Shown piece after piece: positions 13,501 to 26,500 of a stretch of 64,000 nucleotides of DNA. The stretch lies in the NCBI RefSeq assembly GCF_021869535.1, contig NW_026262690.1, positions 15,438,001-15,502,000 on the forward strand. Reading direction: 5' to 3'. The notes beneath the pieces were generated by a model. The model was not told the origin of the DNA. It saw only the letters and a program-made list of their open reading frames with translations, and ran no database searches. The translations under genes were made by a program, and so were the position numbers. Within the stretch, counting starts at the first letter, position 1; every line of letters starts with the position of its first letter. The stretch is from Mytilus californianus (taxonomy: Eukaryota).

Positions 13501-13710
13501 ATTTTTTTACTTGGTCACCTGGAGGGGCATAATATAAGAAGTGGACGCTTACCAAAAAAGGAATCTGATTGTGGGAGTTGCTAAGGCTAATTTTGGAGCT
13601 TTAATATCTTTATGTACGTCAGCTTGTTCAGTCTGTGAGAGATCTCTCCATGTAAGGAATATAAATGCAGCAAAAACTGCAACCATTGAAAATTGAGCCA
13701 TATCGGCCAT
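4467..13710 (-). CDS. SELENOT: Selenoprotein T (thioredoxin-like ER selenoprotein); whole gene join(13553..13710, 8289..8526, 6719..6806, 4467..4573), 196 aa
   Basis: Four exons with GT-AG sites and matching phases (158+238+88+107=591 nt). Translation: MADMAQFSMVAVFAAFIFLTW...IRFLFCYSUGYKKVFEQY...YPPP...WAQENKIYACLMIFFISNAIEGQMISTGAFEVSFNDVPVWSKLETGRIPQPGEIFQII...*. The CxxU motif and the STGAFE..NDVPVWSKLE.G motif are SELENOT hallmarks. Confidence 0.97.
6719..6806 (-). CDS. SELENOT: SELENOT exon 3
   Basis: ttttcag|IYACLMIFFISNAIEGQMISTGAFEVSFN G|gtaag. Confidence 0.96.
8289..8526 (-). CDS. SELENOT: SELENOT exon 2 containing the Sec (UGA) codon
   Basis: Acceptor ttttttgcag|T TAC TCC TGA GGG TAC AAG gives C-Y-S-U-G-Y-K, with TGA at 8519-8517. 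Ends AAT AAA|gtaagt. Confidence 0.96.
9535..10510 (+). mobile_element. Full-length Helentron/HINE-like non-autonomous element in SELENOT intron 1
   Basis: tatacgaccgca (9560) is the inverse of tgcggtcgtata (10493-10504); a subterminal tatacgacc at 10467 forms the 3' hairpin. The 3' region is shared with 1-312. Confidence 0.65.
11024..11891. mobile_element. MITE with long imperfect inverted ends; a related copy lies at about 42901-43768
   Basis: gcagcttttgattacatttgcgcacattcattttacaggtaa (about 11080) is the inverse of ttacctgtgaaatgaatgcgcgcaaatgtaatcaaaagctgc (about 11797). Confidence 0.7.
13553..13710 (-). CDS. SELENOT: SELENOT exon 1 (start codon, hydrophobic N-terminal signal segment)
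   Basis: ATG at 13710 in context GCAAATGG. MADMAQFSMVAVFAAFIFLTW...TIRFLF ends TG|gtaag (phase 2). Confidence 0.92.
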
Positions 13711-13859
13711 TTGCTTTTTCTTCTTTCGATTTACTCTAGACTTTCCTATCTCATCCGAAGTCAATGGTATTATTCGCAAGCAACTTCCTTATCGTCAGAT
13801 TGTTTCCTCTCCGAATCATTTGTAATAAGACTACTTTTTTTTTAATAATGTGAAAAGAG

Positions 13860-15000
13860 GATCTTACTAATCTGAAATATAATATATAGATGTCAGTATA
13901 CTATCCCCAGCACTAATTCACGACGATAAGACTAATCTAGCGTCATGAAGCGACAAGAAAACAAATTTAGCATGAAGAAATTTATATTTCAAATAAATAG
14001 ATATAGAAACATGAGACAATGGCGAATATATTCTAGAGCTATAAAGACTGTATAATAAATGTTTATAGTGATAAACCTATACCTCCATCAAGTATCAGGC
14101 AATGATTCAAGGAAATAGATAAACAAACTCCAAGTTTTATAAGTTTTTAAACCTCTATCCCATCGGAATACAGGTATTAAACTGGCTGAGATTCTATATG
14201 TATATATATGTAAATATGCATTATGTAAAAAAATTCACTCGCACTAATAGGTGTAAATAGAATTCAATTATGGTTTCTACATCTCTGTATATTTTTTTAG
14301 GACATTAATATCTTATGAAAGACTGTATACAACCCTTTTTATCTTACAATTTTAATTCTTAATAGTAAAACTAAGGGCTTTTAATACAGTGTGATACGGA
14401 TGCTCCGATAACGGAGGGATCTACTAAGAGAAGAAGAAGCATTTTGTTTATTTGTGCCACATGTGCATGATGTGAGCAGGATCTGCTTAAACTTCCGGAG
14501 AAAATGAAATCAACCCCGTTTTTTTGGTGGGATCGAGTCATGTTGCAGTCTTTTGTTTTATATTTTGTGATTTGTGTACTGTTGTTCGCTCCCGTTTTTT
14601 GTCATGGAATTGTCAGTTTGTTTTCGACTTACGAGTTTGAAAATCCCTTTAATATCGTTTGCCTGTCTTGAGTTGTACATTAACGAGGCCGTTAGTTTTT
14701 CTCGTTTTCTCGTTTTCCATTTAATCATGTCTTACTCTTTTTAGCCGTGACTATACGGTATGGGTTTTGCTCAATGTTGAAGGTCGCGCGCCGGTTACCT
14801 ATAGCCCTTTTCAGAATCATGTATTTTGTTTATAAGTTTTATAAGATCTTACTAATCTGAAATATAATATATAGATGTCAGTATACTATTCCCAGCACTA
14901 ATTCACGACGATAAGACTAATCTAGCGTCATGAAGCGACAAGAAAACAAATTTAGCATGAAGAAATTTATATTTCAAATAAATAGATATAGAAACATGAG
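13860..15000. repeat. 156-bp near-perfect direct repeat (13860..14015 and 14845..15000)
   Basis: gatcttactaatctg...atagaaacatgag occurs twice; one mismatch seen (atcccc/attccc). Confidence 0.93.
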
Positions 15001-15861
15001 TAAATCGTACAGAGTAAACTAATGAAAGATTATACTCATTAAGTTAAACGAACACTGTCGAAATAGCGTTTCATAGCAGATAAGAGTTATCTGAAGTTAT
15101 TGAATAAGTTTTTGCTCATATCTCGCATTTTCTATTCTTAAACTATTAACGAAGTTTAAATTCTTTGGTTGTAAAAGTTGTTCACATTGAGACATCTTTT
15201 GTAACTGAATGCAGATTTGAATTGAAGACATAGACCCCTGAGAATTAGTTGCTGCAGTCGTAGAAAAAGGCACTGATAAATCAAAAGTATGTAAAGAGGT
15301 CACATGAAAAAGACAGGGAAAAGTTATGAATAAGAAAGTCACATGAAAAACCCTACTGTGATATGGGATATTCACTGAACACATTGACTCCGAAAAAATT
15401 GTCTGTAATAGATGAAAACCTGCGAAATATAGGTTTAAATGCAAATGGAATCAAATTTTGTAGATTCTACTATCCTTGCTATAGGTGATTTTTTTTACTC
15501 AAGCTGCAAAGCAAACATTTGGCACCGCCCCTGACAATCCCTATAACAAAGAAAGGAACCATGCCGAATGTAAAATAGCTAAAAGAAAACTGAGTAAATG
15601 TAAACGACTCTTTTGCAAACTCAAACTGTTCAAACTTTTAATTTTGATAATGAAGAAGTCGAAATAGTAAAAAAAAAAATAACTACTTAAAACTGGTTCT
15701 GAACAGATCAGGCTCCTTCGCGTAAACCAAGAAAAAACATGCTATGTACAGCATACTGAAAAGAGATGGAAAGGGGAGGGGGCGGGAACCAGGATCAGGT
15801 CAATCCCCCCTAGTAGCACGAGCAGCTCAATTTCCCCCTTGCAGTAACGTCGACGGACAAA

Positions 15862-16300
15862 TAGACACATACACAGACTGGTAGACCCGTAAACAGACTT
15901 GTGGACATTTAAACAGACTAGTGGACACATAAACAGACTTGTGGACATATCGACTGCCTAGTGGACACATGAATATAATGGTGGACATGTCGATAGACTA
16001 GTGGACACATAAAATATAAACAGACCGTGGACATGTTGCCAGACTGGTGAACACGTAGACAGACTAGTTGACAAGTAAACAGACTAGTAGAGAGACTTGT
16101 GGACACACACAGACTGACTGGTGGACATGTAGACAGACTTGTGGACATGTCGACAAACTGGCGAGTATACATACAACCTGGTGAACATGTAGACAGATTT
16201 GTGGACATCTACACAGATTAGTTGACATGTTAAAACACTGCTGGGTATGAAGATAGACTAATGAACATTTAGACAGACGAGTTGCCATGTAGACATGCAC
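15862..16300. repeat. About 20-bp minisatellite gtggacatgtagacagact(a/t)
   Basis: Many degenerate units; this explains the overlapping minus-strand STCP/VH ORFs. Confidence 0.85.
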
Positions 16301-17891
16301 TCAAGATTTGTAGTTATGTAAAGAAGTCCCCATATTATCTGGCATGCACATGCTAGTGGACACAGACAGCTGCACACACATAGAGATATAAACAAAGTAT
16401 GGGTTAGGTAAAGCCAATGAAAAATGAAATATATAGTAGAAAATGAGATATTATTTAAGTAGACTGGTTAATGGACAAATAACAAACTATTGGAGTCATC
16501 AAAATATACAGGCGCACACAGAACAGTAGAGCCAGTTGATGCTTGCAAATATTAGAGAAGTTCAGTTTCAGGCACCACATCAAAAGTTTAATGTATAATG
16601 AAAAACCTAATTCACATAGTTTTTTTTCCATTGACGACCCTTTGACACACACACGCCCCTTTTAACTTAACTTGAAAAAAAGGATTGATCGATATGATAC
16701 GTATTTCTACAACCAGAAAAGCAATGCAGGATAACAAAACATATAACTATTTCCACAACGCCCAAACTATGTAAATTAAGCTTTTTTTTTTTTTATCTTG
16801 CATCGATCTTTGAGGCTGTCCTTGAGATAAATTAGTGGAATATTATTGAAATAAAGGAGGATATTTAGACAGGCAAACCAACGGGTGAACATGCAGACAT
16901 TGCGTTGCCATGGAATTCGGGTCTAGTGGAGACACGTAGACTATTAGATACATTTAGTAGACGCACAATAGTGAAAATTTTGATATAAAATATGTTATCA
17001 GTGTATATCGAGTTCGACGGGCATGCTTTGTATATCTGACCTTTTTATCTGTTCATTCGTGAGTGCCCTTGGATATGCATTCTTATATACTTTTTGGGAC
17101 CGCCCGAAGATGACTGCTTAATATTGTAGGAGGGATCACATCACATCGGATATAATGAAATCAATTGATGTCTTGTTTGCGTGTTGCATTGGATAATTTT
17201 GTACAGTCTTCCGGTACCATGGCCCCAATCCATACCATTTCGCATTTGACCAGCAAAAAAATGAATTGATATTTAGCGTAATGACTGAACGACGTCATGA
17301 AATGTAAGTTCAAAAATATCGTTTATTTTAGAAAAAATTAAATTTAAAATTTAAACTCATCAAAGATGATTTCGTTTGGCATGCCCTTTATAATCGTGTC
17401 ACTAAATACTTAGCAACTATAATGTGTACCTCGCGTAATGTGTTTTGCTGCAACCACAGGGGTCACTTCCTTTAAATCAGATATACCGATGTCCATTTTT
17501 TTCAGGATGTTAGATATATACGAATGTGTGGAAAATTTCATCCTATCATATGCCAATGGGTAGCAATTTTATTAAACAATTTATCAATGTGTCAAATATC
17601 TTTATGAATTTTAAATAATTTTTTTTCCTGCGGTGAAAGCGTTAATCTCCAATGTTTACAGTAACATTGTATCATCCACAGTAAATATGAATAGGAAGAC
17701 ATTTTCGTGTAAGCCATACGAATAGGTCGGATTTTTGGACAAAGTGTATTCTTTATTTTGAATGGATGTATTCTTTCGAATGCAAACGGCATCCCTGTAA
17801 CAAAATAAAGGTTTCCCACACCGTGGGAAAAATGAGATCATGCCAGTTTATTCCCCGGTTCATGGGGAAAATGGCTATAAAACACGTGTTC

Positions 17892-18961
17892 GGGACGTTT
17901 GCGCTTTTTTAAATGGTCATTTGCGCTTTTTAATGTTTAGGGCATTTGCGCTTAAAAAAGGACATTTGCGTATTTTCTATCGGACATTTGCGCTTTATAG
18001 AATTACATGTGTTATGGTTAAAAATTTAAAAATCATGTTACATCCAAAACATAACACATTCATATATTTATATACAACTAGAATTAATAGCATCTTTTAT
18101 TGAAAAAAAGTAACTTTAATAAGTGTATAAAATTTTTAAATGAAAAGAATCTACATATATAGCCAAGGACTGTTATAGTTACCGTTGTACTTTTAAAATG
18201 ATCGGTATTACTGCTTATAAAAATAAGATATGATATGATTGAAAATGAGACAACTCTCCAACAGAGACCGAAATGACGTAAAAATTAACAACTATAGGTC
18301 ACCTTCAAAAATAAGCAAAACCTATACCGAATAATAAGCTATAAAAGGCACCGAAATGACAAATGTATTTATTTACAATTCAAACGAGAAAATTAACGGT
18401 TGAATTTATGTACAAAGCAATAAACGAAAAACAAATATAATATATACAGCAACAAACGACAACAACTGAATTACAGGCTCTTGAATTGTCAAACAAAAAT
18501 GATAATTTTAAGTATTCACAAAGATATATATGTATATATAAATTAATTCTTAAAAAAAAATGAAGGATAATGAAATTTCACTTCCGACACCTAGAATGAC
18601 TGAATCTTTCGCCGCCATGCTTGTGTTAGATGAAAATGGCAAAGCTTTAAGAGGTCGGATAGAAGTAAGTTCCTAAATAAACCACGATTCTTTCCTCAAA
18701 AACGATATGAAGAGCAGGTGGTTAAAAATCAAATTTTGGTCATAACAAATTAAAACAAACTAGAAAAGTTTCTTAACTTTCAAAGAATGTACGAACATAT
18801 TCCCTTTACTTTGGTAAATTTAAAAGTAACCTTTCATAGATAAAAAAGCGCAAATGTCCAATCAATTTAGTTCAGGTGTATCAAAGTTTAAAGTGCAAAT
18901 GTCCGTAGTGTAAGAAGCCCAAATGTCCTTTCATTTTACAGGTAAAAAAGCGCAAACGCCC
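17892..18961. mobile_element. MITE with tandem subterminal ggacatttgcgc repeats (Mutator-like), containing a nested repeat copy at about 18220-18490
   Basis: gggacgtttgcgcttttt versus aaaaaagcgcaaacgccc; subterminal repeats are in opposite orientation at each end. Confidence 0.7.
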
Positions 18962-20248
18962 TGCGCCTATGTGCGACGTATGGGGTGATGGAAAAAATGA
19001 TATAAAATGAAAAATTCTTTCGAAATTCTTGAAACATCTTGTCCCTATGAAAACAAGTACTCCGAAAGTAATTGTTTATGTTTCACCCATGCATTAACAT
19101 TTCGATAAAAACTATAATTTCTTAATAATGTTGAAAGCTGGTTTCTAAAAATGTTAAACTTTCCAGAATAACTTAATTTCAAGTTAGCACTTCACTACTA
19201 CACGACTAATATCCAAGAAATGAAATTGGATGAACAATTGTGAATGAAAATGACAAATTAAATGATTTCGGTTTCTCAAGTATTTTCCTGATACAGTATG
19301 GTAATTACCCAAAATGGTTAGTTGTAGCTGTAACACTTTGACTAGCAGATCAATAAGCTATTTTAGACTTATAAACTTCAAAACACCCCAAAATGTTTGA
19401 ATTATAAAATCTTCAAGAAAGTTTAAACATGTGAAGATTTTTTACAAATACTTCCAAATAAAGATGTTATAGCTTTTAGTAAATTTAGAACACCAAATCA
19501 CAATTTATCAATCGAAAGAGGTCGATGGACACATGTAGAAAATGTGCACTTTGCAATGGTGACCTATAGTGGCCAAGGTCTACGTTATTTGTCTCTGGTG
19601 GATAGTTGTCTCATTGGCAATCATACTACATCTTCTTATGTTATATATTATATCTGTAGGTACTCTTAAACAAGTAACAGGCATCATATCCGATATGTGG
19701 AGATTGTTGTATGCATTTGTGCAATCTGCCTCCAGCTTTTCTAGTTTAAACGAAATATATTTATAGATATAAATACACATATTGAATGTGCATGAGTTTT
19801 GTGATTCTACTGTATGAAATCGAAGCATTTTCATTTTATGCAGGAATCATGAATTCAATGGCTATAAATAAGAGGTTTCTTGTTTTTTAAATAGTCCACA
19901 ATGATTATCACAGCAGGTTATTTTTTTAAATGAAGTTTGCTGATTTGATGTGAAGAGCCATTTTACAGAATATGTTAAAGATCCACTCGTATTTGACACA
20001 TAAATCTGGAACCCTGAGTTTTTCATTCCAAGTTCTGTTGTTAACTCTATGTTGTTAATTTTTGGAATTTTCTTCCATTTCCAACTTCGAGATATTGACC
20101 TTAATTCCTTATTTAAAATTTTGGGTACACATTATTGATTTTTATTTTACGCATGGAGACTCCACGACAAACACATGAGCTATCATGACATCAGCTGCTT
20201 GAGCGAACTATAAAAATGAGCAAAAAGCCTCTGATTTCTGGCTAACAT

Positions 20249-20511
20249 TTATTTGCCAATTACTTCATTACCAAACTCATTTGGTATTGTTTCACAGATA
20301 AAGTTTCGACGTTCTTCGCAGTTGTCATCACTCCATTTGTATCCCCTATGTAGATCAATAAGAGCACAGTGTTCATAGTAATTTGTATTGTCTGGTTCTG
20401 TAGATGCCCAGTTCGAGTAAGAAAACTTGTGCTTGCTTGGTAACCATAACCAGTTGCCCTCACTGGCAAGATCGGATGCTCCTATCCAAAATAACCCAGG
20501 ATTATAGTTTC
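20249..20511 (-). CDS. C-type lectin domain C-terminal exon
   Basis: gttttcag|..NYNPGLFWIGASDLASEGNWLW...YSNWASTEPDNTNYYEHCALI...WSDDNCEERRNFICE...*. WIG, EPD, WSD and FICE motifs present; AATAAA at 20146-20141. Confidence 0.93.
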
Positions 20512-23500
20512 CTGAAAACAAATATTTAAAAGTAAGCTGTTTATCTCTCGTAAACCAGCAATTGAAAAGCAAGAAGTCAATTCAGATGGCATTCTTTATC
20601 TTATTTTAAACTGTAAGCCTGTTTACAAATTTATTTTTCTTATAGTATATGCATACTAAAGTCAATCTTAACATTGTGTGACAATACCTTAATTTTACGA
20701 ATGAAATGAGATACTTGGACGTAATTTATAGTTCTTTATTTGAGAGTCTGGATGGGGGATCCTTCAATTCTGTATTCTTTAATTTTTAAAGCCATTTTTC
20801 TCTATTCTGTAAAAAAAATTGCCTGCTATACTCTATTCTTTATATTTTAGCACCCCATTATTCTCTATTCTTTATTTTCTTGGCCTATTTTTCTCTATTC
20901 TTTATTTTGTTAGCCCTTTATTCTGCACATTTTGTCCATTATTCTCTGTTCTATAAACCCTATCCACACCCTCTTATCTGCTAGTATAGAAATCATATCT
21001 TCTTGCATTCTAAATCTGACATTGCGCTGACAAACATATTTCATACAAAAAGTGCTGAAAGTTACGATCATGTACAATACCCAAATTAACGTATATATTA
21101 CAAAATAAAAATATGTAACATATCAGTCTTATTACAAAGTAATCACGTAACCCAACCTGGACAACATTTAAATAAATCACGTGATCCAACCAGGACAACA
21201 CGACATAATTATAAATCCCTAGTGCGGTAAGTAGGTTAAATTGCGTGGTCAGTCTTTTGTTTTTTAAATTGTTCTGGAGCAAGAAAAATTTTAAACAGGA
21301 GATGTCTTATGGAGAAAAAAAAACCATAATTTTATGGGCTTTTTTAAATTACACTTGCCAAAGCTGAATAGTTTTGTTGTTTTTGTGTACTTGTCATCTT
21401 TGATGCTTGTTTATTTTTTACAATGAAAATCACTTATTATAATAATACTGAAAAAAAAACATGGGAAAACGTTCTACTGCTAGTAAGAAGAACACAATAG
21501 GAAATCATTATAAATCAAACATTGGAAAACGTTCTACTGCTAGTAAGGAGAACACAATGGGAAATCATTATAAATCAAACATTGGAAAAAGTTCAACTGC
21601 TAGTAAGAAGAACACAATGGGAAATCATTATAAATCAAACGGTTAACTGACCACAATATGCGATTCAGAACTGTAAGAAAAATGGCTTTAATAATTTCTT
21701 TTAGTTTTAAAAAGAAATTTTGGAGAATACTACTGTATAGCTACACCAAGGTTAATTGACGGACAATTTTATTAAGTAGAAAAATTGTTTTACGAGGTTG
21801 TGTTTGGTATCTAATAAAGAGTTAGTCACAGTCATATCAAAATATCAATTCTACATAAATGACCACCTCTTTTCACTTTCCATTTTCCTGTAGCTCCAAA
21901 ACCAGTGGAAAATGCGACATAGTTGACATTATGTGGAGCTGTGTCGTTCCAAGTGAGAAAGGTCTGCTTGCCGACGTCATTTCCTTTTCCAACCTTAATG
22001 ACATTATTGGTCCAGCTGACCCAAAATGACGAATAGTTCTTACAGTCTAAAGGATGCTGTTGTTGAACGTTTGTGTCCATGTGTGCACATTGCTTACAGT
22101 CTGTGAAATAAAGCAGTACGTACTACTTAAACAGGAAACCTTTTATTTAGTATGTGTGTGTCGATCATAGAGATAATAATAATAATAATAATAATAAAAA
22201 ATAATAAAGAAACGAATTTTGTATGCACTTTTGATAATTAAATTCTTTCATTTTGATAAAAGATTATGTTTTTAAGGTTTTCTGTAGCAAAAATATGGGG
22301 TCTTATACCTGTTCTGAAATAAATGGAGATATGGTTTTGTAAAAAAAAAACAATAAAAAATCTGCGTTGGAACTGTCAAAATGTTTTTATTGTTTGGTTT
22401 GTGTATGATTCTACAGATTTTTTTAAATGGGATGTGCAAGGTGTCTCACATTTTTCACAGATGTTACTATGATAGCATCTACACTGCAGTAAGATTATTT
22501 TACTGAAAATAGGTTATAACCTTTTTATGATCGGGCTGCTTTCTCATTGACATATATGCCACAACTCTGTAAATGCATAGACTACGGGTATAATCTATAG
22601 AAAGTCCATAATAAACATCAACGATGGTCGTTTAAATCGTTACCAGTAAATTCATTCAAGATATAAAAATTCAGAAAAAAGAAAACGTTGATCCACGGTT
22701 TTTTTTTCACAACCAGGCCACCCAACTCCATAGCAAACAGTTTTGCTGGATGCAAAAACCCATTACTTTTTATCAATTATTGCACATCATGAATCTCACA
22801 TGACTCCACGTACCTCTAATTACAGATTGATGGTCTCCCCAACCACCAATGACAATCTCATACGTGTCACGTGAATCCACTCCTTTGTCTTTAGATAGTG
22901 CAATATGGGCATCATTACAAGCCATAACTTCGAAAGATATCGATGTTTGACCTCTTACATCAATTCCGTTATCCATGATGTAGTGGTAGTGATAATTATT
23001 CTCAGTAGATATAACATAGTTACTTTCTAAAAATGAAAATACAGATCAGACAAATATAAATGATAAAATTCAGTTTATGGTAGATGAACACTGAAAATAG
23101 ACAAATCTACTTTTTACCCAAATCTATGCCAAATAGAGATGTCGTTTCATGTCATGTCATGTAATTGCATAGCATTAGCATACTATTAGCATATTAACTT
23201 ATCATGTCATAGCATAGAATAGCATATCATAGTATAGCATAGTATACCATAGCATAGTATAGCATATCTGTCATGTCATGTCATATCATATCTTGTCGGA
23301 AAATTGAATGCTTTGTAAATGAATAATTATAACTACTTTTAGCTATCCATCGTATTACCTGAAATAAATGATCTCAATTTTTCACTGTTTGACTTTCCCA
23401 AATCTTGCTCTACAGTGTACCTGGTGACTTATTTTAAAAACACACTTTTTGTGCCTACACAAATCATATCATACTTTTTTGAACCACCACTGGGTCGGTA

Positions 23501-26500
23501 CCACTGCTAGCTAACTGTCTGTGGTTTTGATTGTTTGGTTTTATATTTAACTTGCCATACTTTTGGTATTGAGCGCACCTGATGAAAGGTTATTTCAGAA
23601 ACTGTGCGTACATAAATCATATTATACATTTTACCGTGATAGCGACTAGATATCTGAGCTTCAAGGAAAGCTTGTATGTCGGCGTCAGTTATTTGAGGCA
23701 ATGTTCCGCCAACTATACTACAATATTCCTAGAATGTATAACATAATACTGTAAACAAAACAAAAGATTAAAAAAAAACCAAAACCCTATCGTCTCATTA
23801 AGAAGAAAACATAGTGAATGTATCATGAAAACTAAAAATTAGCGAATGAATAGTTACTATCAAAAACTTTTGATATCCTGTGTATCCGATGAAGCTAATG
23901 TTAGAAACTTTTGATATCATGTGTAACCGATGAAGCTACTGTCAGAAACTTTTGATATCCTGCGTACCGATTAAATATTTTCAGAAACTTTTGATATCCT
24001 GCGTAACTGATGAAACTACTGTCAGAAACTTTTGATATCGTGTGTACCGATTAAATACTTTCAGAAACTTTTGATATCCTGCGTAACTGATGAAGCTACT
24101 GTCCAAAACTTTTGATATCGTGTGTACCAGATGAAGCTACTTTCGGAAACTTTTGATATCCTTTAAGTACCCGATCAATCTTCTATCAGAAACGTTTGAT
24201 ATCCTACATAACCGATGAAGCTAATGTCAGAAACTTTTGATATCGTGTGTACCAGATGAAGTGACTATCAGAAAAACAAGTGTCATGACATGCATGAGAA
24301 CTGAAATTGGTGTTATACGTTTTTTTAAGGAAAATATTTGATACATCTGCCTTAATCCTAGCCATGCAAATCAATGGCGACTACATGATTGATGCACAGC
24401 AGCTATAATCTCTAATTCAGTATAACTATACAACAATTGAAAAGGTTTATATCACGTAACCATCCACTTAAGACAGCTATATATGCATGTGTATAGATTT
24501 ATATTGTTTCCAATATTTCCGTCCTCTTTTTATAGAATTCAAATAGAGTTAGGTATATATCACTTGTGTTTTTTTTATTCTGTTTTGTTTTTATTTTGTT
24601 GTTTATTGTTTTTTTAAATTTGTATTTCCGCAAACATATATGCTGTAAATGTTTAATGACAATAACATTGATTTGCTTCATGATTACAAATTTATCCTCC
24701 GATGACTTCAGTCGAATTCTTTATGAACCCTTTTTCTAATTTATTTTGATATATAAATCGCTCTACACTATACATTACTATTTGATGTATTAGCAATGGA
24801 CAGTGTTGCTGTTGTTGCATACCTCAATGACAAATACCTGCATGGTATTCATTTACATAAGGAAATGCCTGTACCAAGTCAGGAATATGACAGTTGTTTT
24901 CCATTCGTTTGATGTGTTTGAGCTTTTGATTTTGCCATTTGATAAATGACTTTCCGTTTTGAATTTTCTTTCGAGTTCGGTATTTTTGTTACATTACTAT
25001 TGACACAACGAGTATTGCGCGATAACTATAATTAGGTTAGACAAATTGAGTTCACGAAGTTAATGATTTTAACTCTACTCATTGTATTTATTTTACCCCT
25101 GCAAAGGGGAAGTATTCCTTTATGCTAGACGTGTGTTATATTTTTTGAAACTCTTGTTTAGTATATGTATTTATATTACTCTCGATTGGTGAATATATGA
25201 ATAAGAAGATGTGGTATGATTGCCAATGGGACAACTCTCCACCAGAGACACAATGACATAGACGTTAACAACTACAATATGTATAGGTCACCCTAAAGCT
25301 AATCTATTCCTGGGTAAGAAAATCCTAAGTATTTAAAAAAAAAATCAAAGTATTGTAAACAGTTTATTTATAATTATGACCATATCAATGTTGACTACTG
25401 GTCTGGTGATACCCTCGGGGAGATAAAACTCCACCAGCAGTGGCATCGACCACCCAGTGGTTGTAAATAAACTCATCATAGATACCAGGATTAAAATTGT
25501 ATCTGCCAGACTTGCATTTCGTCTACAAAAGACTCATCAAAGACGCTTGAATCAAAAAGGTTAAAACGGCCAAACAAAGTACGAAGTTGAAGAGCATTGA
25601 GGACCAAAAAATCCGAAAGGTTTTGCCAAGATTGCTCTCCCTGTCGACTGCCTTATCTCACATCTGTATGGACGATTGTTCTTCCTAACAACTACTTGAT
25701 CTCATGTCTGTATGACGTAAAGCGTTGACCGAATCACATTTGAATGAAGGCGGCGCTTCATACTAAAGATGTGCGCAAGAACAACACTTTTACAACCAAA
25801 TAAAATTATAAAAAAGAAGCATTCAATTCTTATAACTGTTCCATTTTTTGCTACAACCATGAAATTAAATTTTATCATATACTTATAGAAAATAATGGTA
25901 TAATTGTACCCCATGATAAAACTAATTTGTACATATATTTGTTCATTAAATTTGAAGAATTGCTTTAGCCGTGTGATATGACTTTTGTTATCACCTGCTT
26001 CCGCTTTATATCAACTGCTTCCGTTTTATATCAACTGCTTCCGGTTATTAGCGCATGCTTTTCTGTAACGTTATCGTATGACAATTCGACGTCATTCGGC
26101 AAATTCCGGAAAATACACCTCAATGGTACGTATTTTGTGTAAAACATAACAAAGTTGGATGAAAAAAATATAAGGAATCAAGAAAATATATTATTAAAAA
26201 ATTCAAAACAAATATTACAACAAATGCATTTTTTCAAAGTTTTAAAAGTAGTTTTTGTCTGTATGTCTTCTGCTGAAGTATATATGATAAAAAGAACATA
26301 ACATGTCATTTTTCATATCAGACCCCTTATCAGCCCATGGTCAAAATCATCCCTCGAGCCTGTCGGCTCTCGGGCTGATATCATGACCTAGGGCTGATAA
26401 GGGGTCTGATATGAAAAATGCCATGTTATAATCTATATATTTCAAGCTTTTCGAGTGTTTTTCTATGCATTGTTTTAACACTGTCACGGATAGCACGTGC

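Noticed and set aside
15485-15667. Short ORF faintly resembling a LINE ORF2 linker region
   Set aside because: Too short and degenerate to support without a search.
21461-21646. Stop-free 60-bp repeat ORF (MGKRSTASKKNT...)
   Set aside because: Simple tandem repeat antisense in an intron; openness is expected from the repeat unit. ORFs in the 15.9, 32-35, 42.5, 44, 51 and 55 kb arrays were rejected likewise.
23855-24277. CRISPR-like regular repeat
   Set aside because: The whole unit is repeated with no unique spacers, there are no cas genes, and the context is a eukaryotic intron. The same applies to the other 29-61 bp arrays.
24823-24837. 15-nt micro-exon-like cag|GTATTTGTCATTGAG|gtatgc in the lectin gene intron
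   Set aside because: Poor pyrimidine tract, adjacent to a repeat, symmetric phase cannot supply the needed 0-to-1 change, and it has a stop in phase 1.
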